64,000 nucleotides of DNA from Alkalispirochaeta sp. GTDB lineage: Bacteria; Spirochaetota; Spirochaetia; DSM-27196; Alkalispirochaetaceae. The notes below the pieces were generated by a model. It searched no databases. It saw only the letters and a list, made by a program, of their open reading frames with translations, and was not told the origin of the DNA. Both the position numbers and the translations under genes were made by a program. Below are positions 1 to 10,401 of the stretch, piece after piece. Positions within the stretch are counted from its first letter, which is position 1; each line of letters opens with the position of its first letter. The DNA lies in the NCBI GenBank assembly GCA_965601925.1, contig OZ271854.1, forward strand, positions 4,096,001 through 4,160,000, given 5' to 3'.

Positions 1-381
1 AAGCTCGACCAACAGGGTCGGGATCGCCAGCCGCGTCACCCCGAGCATCGTGGTGGTAGGGGCCACCCCCGCTGCACCCAACCGCGCGGCCAGCACGCCG
101 TAGTGCCGGAAGAGCAGGTCGACGTCGGTCGTGTACACGTTGAGCCGGACGACGTTCGCGAGGGACATGCCGGCCTCTCCGAGGAGCGCTTCCAGATTGT
201 CGAGGCTCGCGGCTACCTGGGCCGCCATGTCCCCGGCGTGCCGCGGCGTACCGTCGCCGCCCATGGCCGTTTGTCCGGAGCAGTAGAGCGTCCGGGTGTG
301 GCCGGAGACCGCTTCACCCTGGTTGTACCCCATCTCTTTCGACCACTCCCACGGGTTAACCGCCGTTCGTGTTGGTGCCAT
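1..381 (-). CDS. RidA/YjgF (Rid) family protein, 3' end runs off the window
   Basis: Manual translation MAPTRTAVNPWEWSKEMGYNQGEAVSGHTRTLYCSGQTAM...LLVEL; GGAGG RBS upstream; missing from the ORF track because it is open-ended. Confidence 0.85.
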   Translation of the reverse strand, partial: MAPTRTAVNPWEWSKEMGYNQGEAVSGHTRTLYCSGQTAMGGDGTPRHAGDMAAQVAASLDNLEALLGEAGMSLANVVRLNVYTTDVDLLFRHYGVLAARLGAAGVAPTTTMLGVTRLAIPTLLVEL

Positions 382-430
382 ATCATCCTCCGTTCGATTC
401 TTAGAGATGGTCGCCAGCGTAGCACCGAAT

Positions 431-449
431 CATGACATCTCCTGTCGTG
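431..449. promoter_or_regulatory. Palindromic operator upstream of the Rid gene (WYL/YafY-type TGACA-N5-TGTC)
   Basis: CATGACA-TCTCC-TGTCGTG, one mismatch from a perfect inverted repeat; a WYL-regulator remnant lies at 2803-3060. Confidence 0.45.
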
Positions 450-487
450 TATTCCGATGGTTTTCTCTCAATACGCGTGCCGATCGG

Positions 488-1300
488 TCAGTTACCCGTT
501 TCCGGAACGAACTCGGTGAGTCGTTCAAACTTCGGGATCGCATCACGGTCGCCATAGATCATGAGTGCGGGTTGGCCGATGATTGGGTTTACGCCCGCCA
601 ATACGTGCCAGTTGCGGTCGAGGTTCCTATACCAGTTCATACTGCCCATGAACCCCGACGTTTCGAAGGCGGAGACGAAAACGGCCAGCTCGCTCTCGCT
701 CATTATGGGCTCACCGAGCGCCGTTTCCGCTCCGGCAAGACTGATCATAGCCATGCCCGGCTCCGGCGGCGCGGAGGGCACGTTCTTGCGGAACATGTTG
801 CGAAGGAACCGGAATGTGTTCTCTTCTAACACCACGTCCGCGATGCCGGGCCGACGATTGAAGTGGACGAAATAGTAGTCGTCACCGAATACTTCTTCTA
901 TCCACTCGATCCACGGTCTCTCTCCACGCTCTTGGTACGGCACACTGAGGTTGATTACTTCGTCGACACGGTTTGGATGCAATAAGGTCAGCCACCAAAC
1001 GACCATCGCCCCCCAATCGTGACCGACAAAGGTTGCGTCGTTGTAGCCGTAGTGATCGAGAAGGGCAACGAGATCACCGGACAGGTGTTCGATGTCGTAG
1101 TCCGTTACTTCGGTCGGACGGGATGAGTTGCCGTAACCCCGCTGGTTCGGGACGATGACGTGGTAACCCGCCTCCGCGAGAGCGGGCACCTGACGGCGCC
1201 ACGAAAAGGCGTGCTCGGGCCAGCCGTGACACAGCACGATCGGTTTCCCCGCATGTTCTCGGTCCGCTTCAAAGACTTCGAGCTCCACGCCGTTGACGCC
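488..1300 (-). pseudogene. Epoxide-hydrolase-like alpha/beta hydrolase, truncated
   Basis: HGWPE and GHDWGA motifs are present, but the ORF stops at TEFVPETGN before the C-terminal catalytic-His segment; an in-frame stop lies just upstream of GVNGVELEV. Confidence 0.75.
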
Positions 1301-1474
1301 TCCCGGGTTTTAGGTGACAAACCATAGCGAACTCGAAGCCCATATGTTTCGTCGACGTTCGGCAACTCCCCGTGTTGTTCGTACATGTTCGATGCCTCCG
1401 CCAAGCTATAACGATGAACTAAACAGCATCAAACGTGAAGTCGGCGATGCGTCAGCAAACACTACCCGGAATTT

Positions 1475-1867
1475 TTATACCACTTCGGGCGGGTTGGGTT
1501 GCGGTAGCAACCCGACAAACAAACCGGGTCGCCGGATGAACGCGGTAACCCATACAACCACCAGGATAATCGCCGTTGCTACAAACGAACCGTCGTCGAT
1601 CATGTTGGCGGCGATCGCCCCACCCCAATACGCGCTTTGCAATAATAGGCCAACCGGGAGCGTCAGCGGAACAAGAAAGAGTATCGCGGTGATAATCTCT
1701 CCCACACCGATGAGCGCAATGTAGTCGCCCAACCCCATCACGACATAGGCATCCACAATCTCACCGCCCATGATTTTCCCGACACCGCCGCCGCTACCGC
1801 CGAAGGTCATCATCACGGTGATCGACCCGGCAAGAATCCAGCCGATAATTATCCTTGCTTTGCTCAT
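1475..1867 (-). CDS. DoxX-like small membrane protein
   Basis: 130 aa, about four hydrophobic segments, IGVGEII...AYWGGAIA pattern, GGGGAG RBS. Confidence 0.75.
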   Translation of the reverse strand: MSKARIIIGWILAGSITVMMTFGGSGGGVGKIMGGEIVDAYVVMGLGDYIALIGVGEIITAILFLVPLTLPVGLLLQSAYWGGAIAANMIDDGSFVATAIILVVVWVTAFIRRPGLFVGLLPQPNPPEVV

Positions 1868-1900
1868 ATCGATACTCCCCTAACGCCAACTACATATACT

Positions 1901-1945
1901 TGTTGACATCGACAACTTTATGTATAAAAGTTGCTGATGTCAACA
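1901..1945. promoter_or_regulatory. Double TetR-type operator between the divergent DoxX-like and TetR genes
   Basis: TGTTGACATCGACAACTTT...AAAGTTGCTGATGTCAACA inverted repeat; each arm is itself GTTG-N7-CAAC and contains TTGACA. Confidence 0.7.
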
Positions 1946-2094
1946 TCTTGAGAACGAGAGCGTTGTAGCACTGAAATCGGCTCAAATCGCCGGTACACGC
2001 GGTGCAAACCGAAACAAAGGAGCGGAACGATACCGTACAAAACCCTTGTTGCGATATGTGCGGTTATCGGGACATGGTAGAGTAGGTACGCGTC

Positions 2095-2787
2095 ATGGAT
2101 ATCGATTACCGCCAAAAGACCGACCGGTACCACCACGGGAGTTTGCGAGCGTCACTGATCGATGCCGGTATTGATCTGCTGGAAACGGGCGGTGAGGCCG
2201 AGGTCTCACTTCGAGCGGTGGCACGAATGGTCGGCGTGAGTCACAACGCGCCGTATCGACATTTTGCATCCAAAGACGAACTGATGGCCGCGGTCTGTAC
2301 AAAGGGCTACCGGACGCTGCAAAAGACCGTAATCGTCTGCGTTGAGCGCGCCTCAACGATCGATACCGCTCCGATCTACGCGGCTACCGAGGCGTACGTC
2401 GACTTTGTCGTCGCACATCCCGCGCTCACCGAGTTGATGTTGCGGAACCGCGCGTCCAACAGAAAAGAGCTGTTACCCGCGCGTTTGGCCGCGTTTGACG
2501 CGTTAGTACACGCGGTCTCGGCTTCCGGTATACCCGAGTCTGCGGACCCGGCCAACATCGCACTGTTGCTGTGGGCCACCGCGAACGGTGTTTTTCAGAT
2601 CTTCCAGAGTGAGCCGGCGATACCCCCCGCTACGCTCAAAGAGCGCATGCTGTCGTTCTTGGCGATAAGCATCGGGGCATATTGTCGGCATACCCCTCCG
2701 CCGGTCTGGCCGGTGTCCGGCGAACCGATTCGCACACCTCGGTCACGAGCAGCCGATGATACGGACCACGACCGCTCGGAAGCATAG
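2095..2787 (+). CDS. TetR/AcrR family transcriptional regulator
   Basis: YHHGSLR...SLRAVARMVGVSHNAPYRHF helix-turn-helix. Confidence 0.9.
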   Translation: MDIDYRQKTDRYHHGSLRASLIDAGIDLLETGGEAEVSLRAVARMVGVSHNAPYRHFASKDELMAAVCTKGYRTLQKTVIVCVERASTIDTAPIYAATEAYVDFVVAHPALTELMLRNRASNRKELLPARLAAFDALVHAVSASGIPESADPANIALLLWATANGVFQIFQSEPAIPPATLKERMLSFLAISIGAYCRHTPPPVWPVSGEPIRTPRSRAADDTDHDRSEA

Positions 2788-2802
2788 ATAGCCGCCGGCC
2801 GT

Positions 2803-3060
2803 AAACGGGTCACGGTGCCGCTTCGGGTGGACCGAGGGCAACGAGAGACGCTGGGAAAAATCGCCTTGGCCGTCTCCCCCGAGGAGGAGGGTTGAACCGG
2901 CCGGCGAGAGCTGAAGGCTACTTTTCAGGACGCGCGACACGCCGAGTGGGCGCTGTGGTACCTTGCGACGGACGCGGAGGTGCTGACGCCGGAGTGGTTG
3001 CGTACCTCTCTTCGGGAACGTGCGGCGGCCGTGGCCGCACGGTATGGTCCGGGGCCTTGA
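2803..3060 (+). pseudogene. C-terminal remnant of a YafY/WYL-family regulator
   Basis: Manual translation VTVPLRVD...EEEG*TGRRELKATFQDARHAEWALWYLATDAEVLTPEWLRTSLRERAAAVAARY; internal TGA, no start codon. Confidence 0.6.
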
Positions 3061-3435
3061 CCGTCTCGGGTGGTATGGGGCAACACCCTGACATCGATCG
3101 ACAGCTTCACCCACGCACATTCTCTCTTGTGGAGCTCCTTTCTTTTTTCTTCATATCGGCCATGAAGTATGGATCACACACGGGTTGGGACGGCATACCG
3201 TGCTCAGGCTCAACGCGTCTGACACGCCGCGCCCACACGAGCCGAATCAAGGATGACGCCTTCGGTGCATTCGACGGCGACGCGCCCATAACGCCGATAC
3301 GTGGCCCATTCCTCTTAATAGATTTTTAAAATTTCTTGTCGTTTCTCACAGTTTTTTAACGGTTTCTATACGGAAAAGCGATGTGCCCCCGAGTACGCTG
3401 GCGGCGTCTTGGCGAAACACGGTTTAGGAGGAACC

Positions 3436-5022
3436 ATGAAACGAACTATACGACCGATAATCGGTATCGGAGTGCTTCTGGCAGCGCTCGCAACTACCGG
3501 ATGTGCGAGCTCTGCGGCGTCCGGCTCGGCGTCCCGGGAATCGACGGCCAAAAACGTCATTCTGCTGGTATCGGACGGCGCCGGATTCAACGGGTGGCTT
3601 GCAACCGACTACTACCAGGGTTTGGCAGGTCGCCAGTCCTATCAAGTTGCGCGTCCCGACAGCACCACGCCGGTGGTCTTCGGTCTTGCCCATGACTCAC
3701 TGAATCTGATCGATGGGGACGGTAATGTCCTCCCGAGCGGCACCGATCCGGCCGAGGCGGCGGGTGCGGTACTGCAGGGCTATGACCCCCAGACGCGCTG
3801 GAGCGAGTTCCAGGGCGCGTTCAGTAACGACTATGCGCCGGTCTCTCTGGCCTACACGTCCTACACCGACTCGGCCGCCGCCGGCACGACCCTCGTCAGC
3901 GGACGCAAGACCTCGAACGGCCGCCTCAACATGGACTGGACCGGGGAAATCCCGTTCCGCACGATCGCCCACATTGCCATGGACCACGGCAAAGCGGCCG
4001 GAGCCGTCTCCAGCGTGCAAGTCTCCCACGCCACACCGGCGGCCGTGGTTGCCCACAACATCTCGCGCAACAACTACGTCGAGATTTTTAACGAGATGGT
4101 GGACAGCGGCATGACCGTGCTCATGGGCGCGGGCCACCCCCTCTATGACGCAAGCGGCAACGCCGTCGAGCCGGAAGAGGAGCGCCCCTTCCGTTTCACC
4201 GGGGGACGCGAGACGTGGGACGCGCTGACCGGCGAAGAGGGGCTCAACGGCTATACGTTCATCGACGAACGGGCCGATTTTCAGGCCCTGGCGGCGGGTG
4301 AGGACCTGCCGGAGCGCGTTGTCGGCATCGCCCGTTCGAGCAGCACGCTGCAGGCCGGCCGCGGAGACCTGCCCGACGGCGACACGCCCTCGGGTATGGC
4401 GTTCAACGAGGATGTGCCGACGCTGGTCACGATGACCATCGGGGCGCTCAACGTGCTCAATCAGGACGAGGACGGCTTCTTCCTGATGGCCGAGGGTGGT
4501 GCCGTCGACTGGATGGGCCACGGCAACAACATGCCGCGTTTTATCGAGGAGCAGATCGACTTCAACCGGACGGTCGACGCGGTTATCGCGTGGGTCGAGG
4601 CCAACTCGAGCTGGGAGGAGACCCTGCTCATCGTCACCTCCGACCACGAGTGCGGCGGTATCTGGGGTGAAGGCACCTTCACCAATGGCGTGGGCGGGCC
4701 CGTTGCGGCGGATCGTAGCGACGAGGCGCTCCTTGCCGCCCGGTTCGACCCGGCGGAGGACACCTTTAACGAGTTTCTTGCGGTGCAGGATCGTGGAGCG
4801 GGCACCATGCCCGGCTATCAGTTCGCCTCGCGCAACCACACCAACGAGTTGGTCCCCCTGTGGGCGATGGGCCCGGGCGCGGAGAAGTTCGCGCAGTTTG
4901 CCAACACGGACCTCACGGCGGCACAGTTGTGGGGCGAGCCCTACGGCTGGGACGGCTCGTTCATCGACAATACGGCGGTCTTCCACGTCATGGATGAGGT
5001 GCTCGTAGCCGGAATGCGGTAG
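3436..5022 (+). CDS. phoA: Alkaline phosphatase (PhoA family), lipoprotein
   Basis: Lipobox ATTGC; KNVILLVSDG, TDSAAAGT, HATPA, EGGAVDWMGH, TSDHE and NHT motifs; AGGAGG RBS before ATG 3436. Confidence 0.92.
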   Translation: MKRTIRPIIGIGVLLAALATTGCASSAASGSASRESTAKNVILLVSDGAGFNGWLATDYYQGLAGRQSYQVARPDSTTPVVFGLAHDSLNLIDGDGNVLPSGTDPAEAAGAVLQGYDPQTRWSEFQGAFSNDYAPVSLAYTSYTDSAAAGTTLVSGRKTSNGRLNMDWTGEIPFRTIAHIAMDHGKAAGAVSSVQVSHATPAAVVAHNISRNNYVEIFNEMVDSGMTVLMGAGHPLYDASGNAVEPEEERPFRFTGGRETWDALTGEEGLNGYTFIDERADFQALAAGEDLPERVVGIARSSSTLQAGRGDLPDGDTPSGMAFNEDVPTLVTMTIGALNVLNQDEDGFFLMAEGGAVDWMGHGNNMPRFIEEQIDFNRTVDAVIAWVEANSSWEETLLIVTSDHECGGIWGEGTFTNGVGGPVAADRSDEALLAARFDPAEDTFNEFLAVQDRGAGTMPGYQFASRNHTNELVPLWAMGPGAEKFAQFANTDLTAAQLWGEPYGWDGSFIDNTAVFHVMDEVLVAGMR

Positions 5023-5046
5023 AGCGGCCCGGTCGATTGTTCTGCG

Positions 5047-5078
5047 AAGGTCCGCGCGTGTGTGCGGGCCTTTTTTTT
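5047..5078 (+). terminator. Rho-independent terminator after phoA
   Basis: AAGGTCCGCGC-GTGT-GTGCGGGCCTT hairpin ending in a T8 run. Confidence 0.8.
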
Positions 5079-5226
5079 CGGTCGTAGCGTGTGCAGTTCC
5101 GCACCATAGAACAGGCCCCAGTTTGTTCCCAGGACCATTCGGGAGTAGATTTCCCGTGGTTTGTACGTGGCGGTTCAACCATAGCGTACGAGAAGTACGT
5201 GAATCGGGAGGAGCTTTCAACCATTC

Positions 5227-5801
5227 ATGAGCACATCAAACAACATCCCCGTAGTCATCCTCAACGGATTCCTTGGGTCGGGCAAAACGACACTGTTCCA
5301 AAAACTCCTGTCTCAGGCACGGAAGAAGGGCATAACGGTTCGTGCCGTCGTCAATGATATGAGTGAACTGGATGTGGATGGGGCGCTCATTCGCGAGGCC
5401 TGTGGGAGGCGTGCCATCGGCATCTCGATCGGCGCATCCATCGGAGCAAGGGATTTTTCTGGCTCGCGACCCGAGACAAGTACTCGCTGCTGTGGAACCA
5501 ATCCGCGGGTGGAATCAGCCTGGGGATCGTCGGGTCGTGGCGAGCGGGAATCGTAGAAGATGAGAACCACGGTATCTCGGACATGGAGATCCAACTACTG
5601 AAAGAACAGCTCGCCGAGGCGCCGGGCCGGTTTGGTGATCGTCGGTGCGATGTGACGGTCATTGGAGATGTAAACCACGTGGATCGCTTTGCCGATGCCC
5701 TTACCTCGTGCTTTCTCACCGATGAGGAGATAGAGCTGTGGAAGGCCGGCCATGGTTTTGATGACCCGTGGCCAAAGAACATCGTCAGAATGGTAATTTA
5801 G
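5227..5801 (+). pseudogene. CobW/COG0523 GTPase with a large internal deletion
   Basis: N-terminus GFLGSGKTT...VNDMSELDVDG joined out of frame near 5400 to the CobW C-terminal region (HRSKGFFWLATR...GRFGDRR...DPWP). Confidence 0.85.
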
Positions 5802-6301
5802 ACGGGCGAAACGTACTGTCGGCGCGGTCGTTTTCATTCGGAGCCTGCGAAGATTCACGGTACAACGACGTTGAGATTATTCCCACCGGGCCACTCGTTC
5901 CACGCGGGTTTCCGCGTGTTGTGTGACGGCTTCGCTACCTGAGGCCCGAAAAACAAACAGGGCTCCGACGCAACGACTCGGTTGTTTCGTTATGAAATCG
6001 TCACATTAAACAACGCCGTTCTGGACCGAAAGTCCCATGCGAAGTCGTTGGTCCATTGGCTTCCGTCCATCAAAAGGAGCGCACGGAACTGATATCGGCC
6101 CAGTCGTAGATGGCACTTTCGTCATTGAAATCTGACAATTGAATACCCATCGTGTTGGTTGTCCCATCAATGTTGAATGCTGTGGTAAGGACGTCCGGGT
6201 CGACAGTTTCGGTCGCATCCATCGATGAGCCTGCCACCCGGCTGTTTCGGCGTGGATTGAGCGGAGGCGGGCAACCTCATCGTTTGAACCTCTGAAGCCC
6301 C

Positions 6302-7073
6302 CTACTCGTACTCCACCGAGACAAGGGTGAGCCCGGACGCCGGCGCAACCGCAGGCGCGAGCTTCCGGTCACCGGTGGCCAGGAGCGACTTGATTCGACC
6401 GGCATCGACTTCGCCAAGACCGATCGCGACAAGTGAGCCAACCATAGCGCGGACCTGCTTCCAAAGGAACCCGTCCCCGCGGACTGTGATCTCCGTGACC
6501 GGACCACCGGCAAACTCGTTTCGCTCGATCGTGATTGAGTGCACGGTGCGCTCGGTGCTCTTTCCGAGCTTCGACTTTGTGAATCCGGAGAAATCGTGCT
6601 TGCCCACGAAGAGGCCGGCCACGGTTCTCATTGCCGGGATGTCGAGTGGTTGTTGCCGGCGCCACGCGAGACGTACGAGAAAAGGATTCGGAACAGGACC
6701 GTCGACGATCCGGTAGCGGTAGGTCTTCGCTACTGCGCGGTAACGGGCGTGAAACCGATCGGCAGCGTGTTCGATGGAAAGCACCGACACGTCACCGGGA
6801 AGCGCCCGGTTTATCTCCGGCAGGAGGCGAGCAAGATCGATCGCATTGGGCAGGACGACGCTTGCGACCTGGCCCTCGGCATGTGCGCCTGCGTCGGTAC
6901 GGCCCGAGCCATTGACTTGAACGTCGGACTGCTCACCCCCGGGTGACAACGGAAGCGATCGTCTCCTCCAGAGCGCCCTGGACGGTTCGGCCGTTACCGC
7001 GCTGCCACCCTTTGAATCGAGTGCCGTTGTAGGTGATCAGAAGCCGCCATGTACGTGTTGATGGAGCGTTCAC
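6302..7073 (-). pseudogene. truA: tRNA pseudouridine synthase TruA, frameshifted (possibly a sequencing error)
   Basis: GTG 7073 frame gives RLLITYNGTRFKGWQ...TVQGALE then TGA; the second frame carries GRTDAGAHA, FHARY and HDFSGF; deleting one base from the C5 run at 6936-6940 joins them. Confidence 0.8.
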
Positions 7074-7117
7074 GCCGACTCCTCTTCCGACTCATAGCTC
7101 GTTGTTCGCCTTGAGCA

Positions 7118-8857
7118 CTATGACTTCTTGCGTTTGCCTTTTCGTCCGCCGGAGCGGTCGTTTGGTCGTCGCTTCTTTCCATAGTGCTTCTTTGGGGCTC
7201 CATGCTTCCCGAACCCCGGTTGCGTGTCCTGGACACGCTCCACCTGAATCTTCGTTCCCTGGTAGCTGTAGCCGGAGAGGGCCTGTTCAACGCGGACTGC
7301 CATGGCGGCGTCAACCTGGACATCGGTTGAGTGTGCGTTGATGTCGATCCGGCCGAGCCGGATGTCCCCGGAGTCGGTCGCGCGGTTGATGATACCGATT
7401 ATCTGCGGCGGCAGCGCGGCCTGACGGCGTCCAACGTTGAGGCGGAGCCGTACCATGCCGGCGCTCGATGCACGAGAGGACCGGCCCTGCGCCGCGGAGC
7501 GCTGTTGCCCGCCGGACCGACGCTGATGCGGCGCGGGATTGAGATCGGGCGCATCGCCATACTCTTCGAGGAAGCGATTGAACTCCACCGAAACAAATCG
7601 CTGCAACAGCTCCTCGCGGTCAAGGGCGGAGAGCGACTCCTGGATCGCCTGGAGATACGGGCCGACGGCATCCCGATCTACCTCGACTGTTGTCACGCGC
7701 GAGAGGAACTCCAACAGGCGAGCCTCACAGATGTCGCGTCCCCGGGGAATCTTCGCTTCCTCGAGCTTGCGACCGATCGCGCGCTCGATGTGAGGAATCC
7801 GGTGTCCTTCGCGCATGTGCACGAGCGCAAGTGACGCGCCGGTTTTCCCTGCTCGCCCGGTTCGACCGCTTCGGTGGGTGTAGGCTGAGATTTCGTCCGG
7901 CAGATCGTAGTGGATCACGTGTGAGAGGTTATCCACGTCCAGTCCGCGAGCGGCGACATCTGTTGCAACAAGGAGCGACGGGTTGCCGGCCCGAAACCGC
8001 CCCATGACGGAGTCCCGATGCGCCTGCGAGAGTTCGCCGTGAAGCGCATCAGCGGCGTACCCGTCCCTTGCCAACCGAGCCGCCACGTCTTTCGCCGCTT
8101 GTCGCGTACGGCAGAAGATGATTGCGTACATGCCGGAGCTCACGTCGACGAGTCGCCGGAGCGCCGCATACTTGTCGTGGGCATGAACCCGGTAATAGTA
8201 GTGAGAGACCGTGCCGGTACCCCGATTCCGTGTGCCGGCGACGATCTCGTGGGGACGATCCATGTAGGTCGAGGCAATCATGGCTATCTCCGGTTGCATC
8301 GTGGCGGAGAAGAGTAGCGTTCGCCGTTCGGGACTCGCCATTGCGAGAATCGCGTCCAGCTCATCCTTGAAGCCCATGTCGAGCATTTGATCGGCCTCAT
8401 CCAGCACCAGGTATCTGAGGCCCGAAAGGTCTGCGATGCCCTTGTCCAGGAGATCCTTCAGGCGACCCGGCGTGGCGGTGACTACGTGCGCTCCTGCTTT
8501 CAGATCGCGTATCTGGGGCCCGAACGGCGCGCCGCCGTAGACCGCCGTTGTTCGCAAACCCTTCAAATTACGTCCGTAGTCGGCGATCTCCCGGGCAACC
8601 TGGAGGCCAAGTTCTCGTGTCGGCGTGAGAATGAGCGCCTGAGTCGCTCGCGAATGGAGGTCGAGCTTCTGGAGGATCGGCAGTCCGAACGCGGCAGTTT
8701 TCCCGGTTCCGGTTTGAGCGAGTCCCGTCACATCCCGGTCCTCAGCAAGGAGAAATGGAATCATCTCTGCCTGAATCGGGGTGGGCGTAACGAATCCGCG
8801 CTCGACGATTGCATTGAGTAGTTCGGGTATGAGCCCCAGGTTGTCGAACGTTGTCAC
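7118..8857 (-). CDS. DEAD-box RNA helicase with DbpA-type C-terminal RNA-binding domain
   Basis: AQTGTGKT, PTRELG, DEAD, SAT, ARGLD and HRSGRTGR motifs; AAGGA RBS before GTG 8857. Confidence 0.95.
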   Translation of the reverse strand: MTTFDNLGLIPELLNAIVERGFVTPTPIQAEMIPFLLAEDRDVTGLAQTGTGKTAAFGLPILQKLDLHSRATQALILTPTRELGLQVAREIADYGRNLKGLRTTAVYGGAPFGPQIRDLKAGAHVVTATPGRLKDLLDKGIADLSGLRYLVLDEADQMLDMGFKDELDAILAMASPERRTLLFSATMQPEIAMIASTYMDRPHEIVAGTRNRGTGTVSHYYYRVHAHDKYAALRRLVDVSSGMYAIIFCRTRQAAKDVAARLARDGYAADALHGELSQAHRDSVMGRFRAGNPSLLVATDVAARGLDVDNLSHVIHYDLPDEISAYTHRSGRTGRAGKTGASLALVHMREGHRIPHIERAIGRKLEEAKIPRGRDICEARLLEFLSRVTTVEVDRDAVGPYLQAIQESLSALDREELLQRFVSVEFNRFLEEYGDAPDLNPAPHQRRSGGQQRSAAQGRSSRASSAGMVRLRLNVGRRQAALPPQIIGIINRATDSGDIRLGRIDINAHSTDVQVDAAMAVRVEQALSGYSYQGTKIQVERVQDTQPGFGKHGAPKKHYGKKRRPNDRSGGRKGKRKKS

Positions 8858-8975
8858 GATATATCCTTGCGCCGACGGATTCGGGTGCATCATACGAGCC
8901 AACCGTTACGAAGTCAAACCGAGTAGCACTTCACATTCGCCCCGCTCGGTTTAAAAACGAAAGGGATGGAACTAC

Positions 8976-9531
8976 GTGAGCAAATAACGCCTTTAACGTT
9001 CAGACTCTGATTCCTAATGGCGACCCCGACGGTTTACGAATCGTACACAATACCAACTGGACCGGCGTCGCGGTACAGTTTCCACGGGCCGGGTTTACCG
9101 AATTTGGCGATCGCATCCCGAGCGACGGCAAGCCGAACGAAGGACAACGCGTCCGCGTCTATCTGATTTGGGGGCCCGCCGAGGACGGTGGCCTTCCACT
9201 TTTGTACGTGGGAGAAAGTCACCGTACCTTACCACGGCTACGCAGCCACCATGCAGAGAAAGACTTTTGGACGCGCGCGATCGCTTGTTGCACGATGCCG
9301 CTACCGGTGGAGGCGGAGGTCCCACAGGCGAGCCAGAGTAACCCCGTGCTGGGACTACTCCTCAGTCTGGAGACGCCGACGATGATCGAGGCCCTTGTCG
9401 TCGCCGAGGCCGCGGACCGGGTCGGCTACGGAAGTCCGTCCCAGTTCAGCCGCGAGTTCAACCGCCTGTATGGAATGCCCCCGCGGCAATGGGCGACCGC
9501 CGCGATCCCGGCGGGGGTTCCCGGGAGATAG
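8976..9531 (+). pseudogene. Fused remnants of a GIY-YIG nuclease gene and an AraC-family regulator gene
   Basis: IPNGDPDGLRIVHNTNWTG...LYVGES...RLRSH..KDFW runs into CTMPLPVEAEV (AraC N-terminal type) and then VGYGSPSQFSREFNRLYG (AraC HTH). Confidence 0.65.
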
Positions 9532-9625
9532 TGAAGCGTCGGCGTGAGTTTGTGTACGGGTTCTGCGCATACGGGGAGAATGGGCGCTAAGACTATCGTT
9601 CGTTGCGGCCGGGTGGAATGTCCGG

Positions 9626-10207
9626 CTAACGGCGCCCGGACATGCGGGCTGCGGCGATGTATTCTTCCACCGCCCGTTGTGCGGCAGCTGCATTGATCGT
9701 CTCCCAGTCGGAGAATTCATCTCCGTATGCGTTGATCTGCGTTACCAGAATCGGCTCATTCATATTGGTGGGAAAGAACGTGAACTCAAACATCGCATGA
9801 CCTTCCGTGCCGGAATACACATTGCCGTCGATCGAGTAGATATTCGTAACGGCGTTACTGTCCTCAAGATTGGCATAGACAATCATTTCAATGCCCAGCC
9901 TCGTTATGGTATCCCAATGTTCTTCGGCGGTGTACTCGCGCAAAGGCGGAAAGATGTCCATCCAAGAATATCCACGTATTCCATACGTCCTCATCTCATC
10001 AGTGACGGCGTGCTCGAGTGCCTGAGCCATACGATTGTCCGCGAGATTAGACCAGACAGCTACCGGATTATAACTGGCCGTGAGATGGGAGTAATCGTCG
10101 GTTACTACGGTGAAAGCGTCGGTAGTAGTACAACCGGTTATGACGGCGGTAAGGATCAGACCAGCAACCGCAACGCCAATCACTGAGGTGCCTTTAGATC
10201 GGATCAT
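9626..10207 (-). CDS. Hypothetical lipoprotein
   Basis: Signal peptide ending in lipobox VITGC, followed by a globular acidic domain. Confidence 0.7.
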   Translation of the reverse strand: MIRSKGTSVIGVAVAGLILTAVITGCTTTDAFTVVTDDYSHLTASYNPVAVWSNLADNRMAQALEHAVTDEMRTYGIRGYSWMDIFPPLREYTAEEHWDTITRLGIEMIVYANLEDSNAVTNIYSIDGNVYSGTEGHAMFEFTFFPTNMNEPILVTQINAYGDEFSDWETINAAAAQRAVEEYIAAARMSGRR

Positions 10208-10401
10208 ACATTCACAATAGCCCAATGAACGGAATGACACAATTTCGATTACCTGTCCGTCGGAGTATGTCCGTGGCGAAGCTCCCTACTCCGTACTCAC
10301 TTGATGTGAAAGGTCGATCTTAATTGATTACATCCCGTCTAACATTTCTTACTCACGCGCGCCATGTCCATAAACACGCACCCGTGTGTTACAATTTTTG
10401 A

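Noticed and set aside
3315..3373. Possible Pho-box-like 11-bp periodic AT-rich repeats upstream of phoA
   Set aside because: Too degenerate to support by eye
3697..5220. 507-aa antisense ORF over phoA
   Set aside because: Shadow ORF from high-GC codon bias; no motifs
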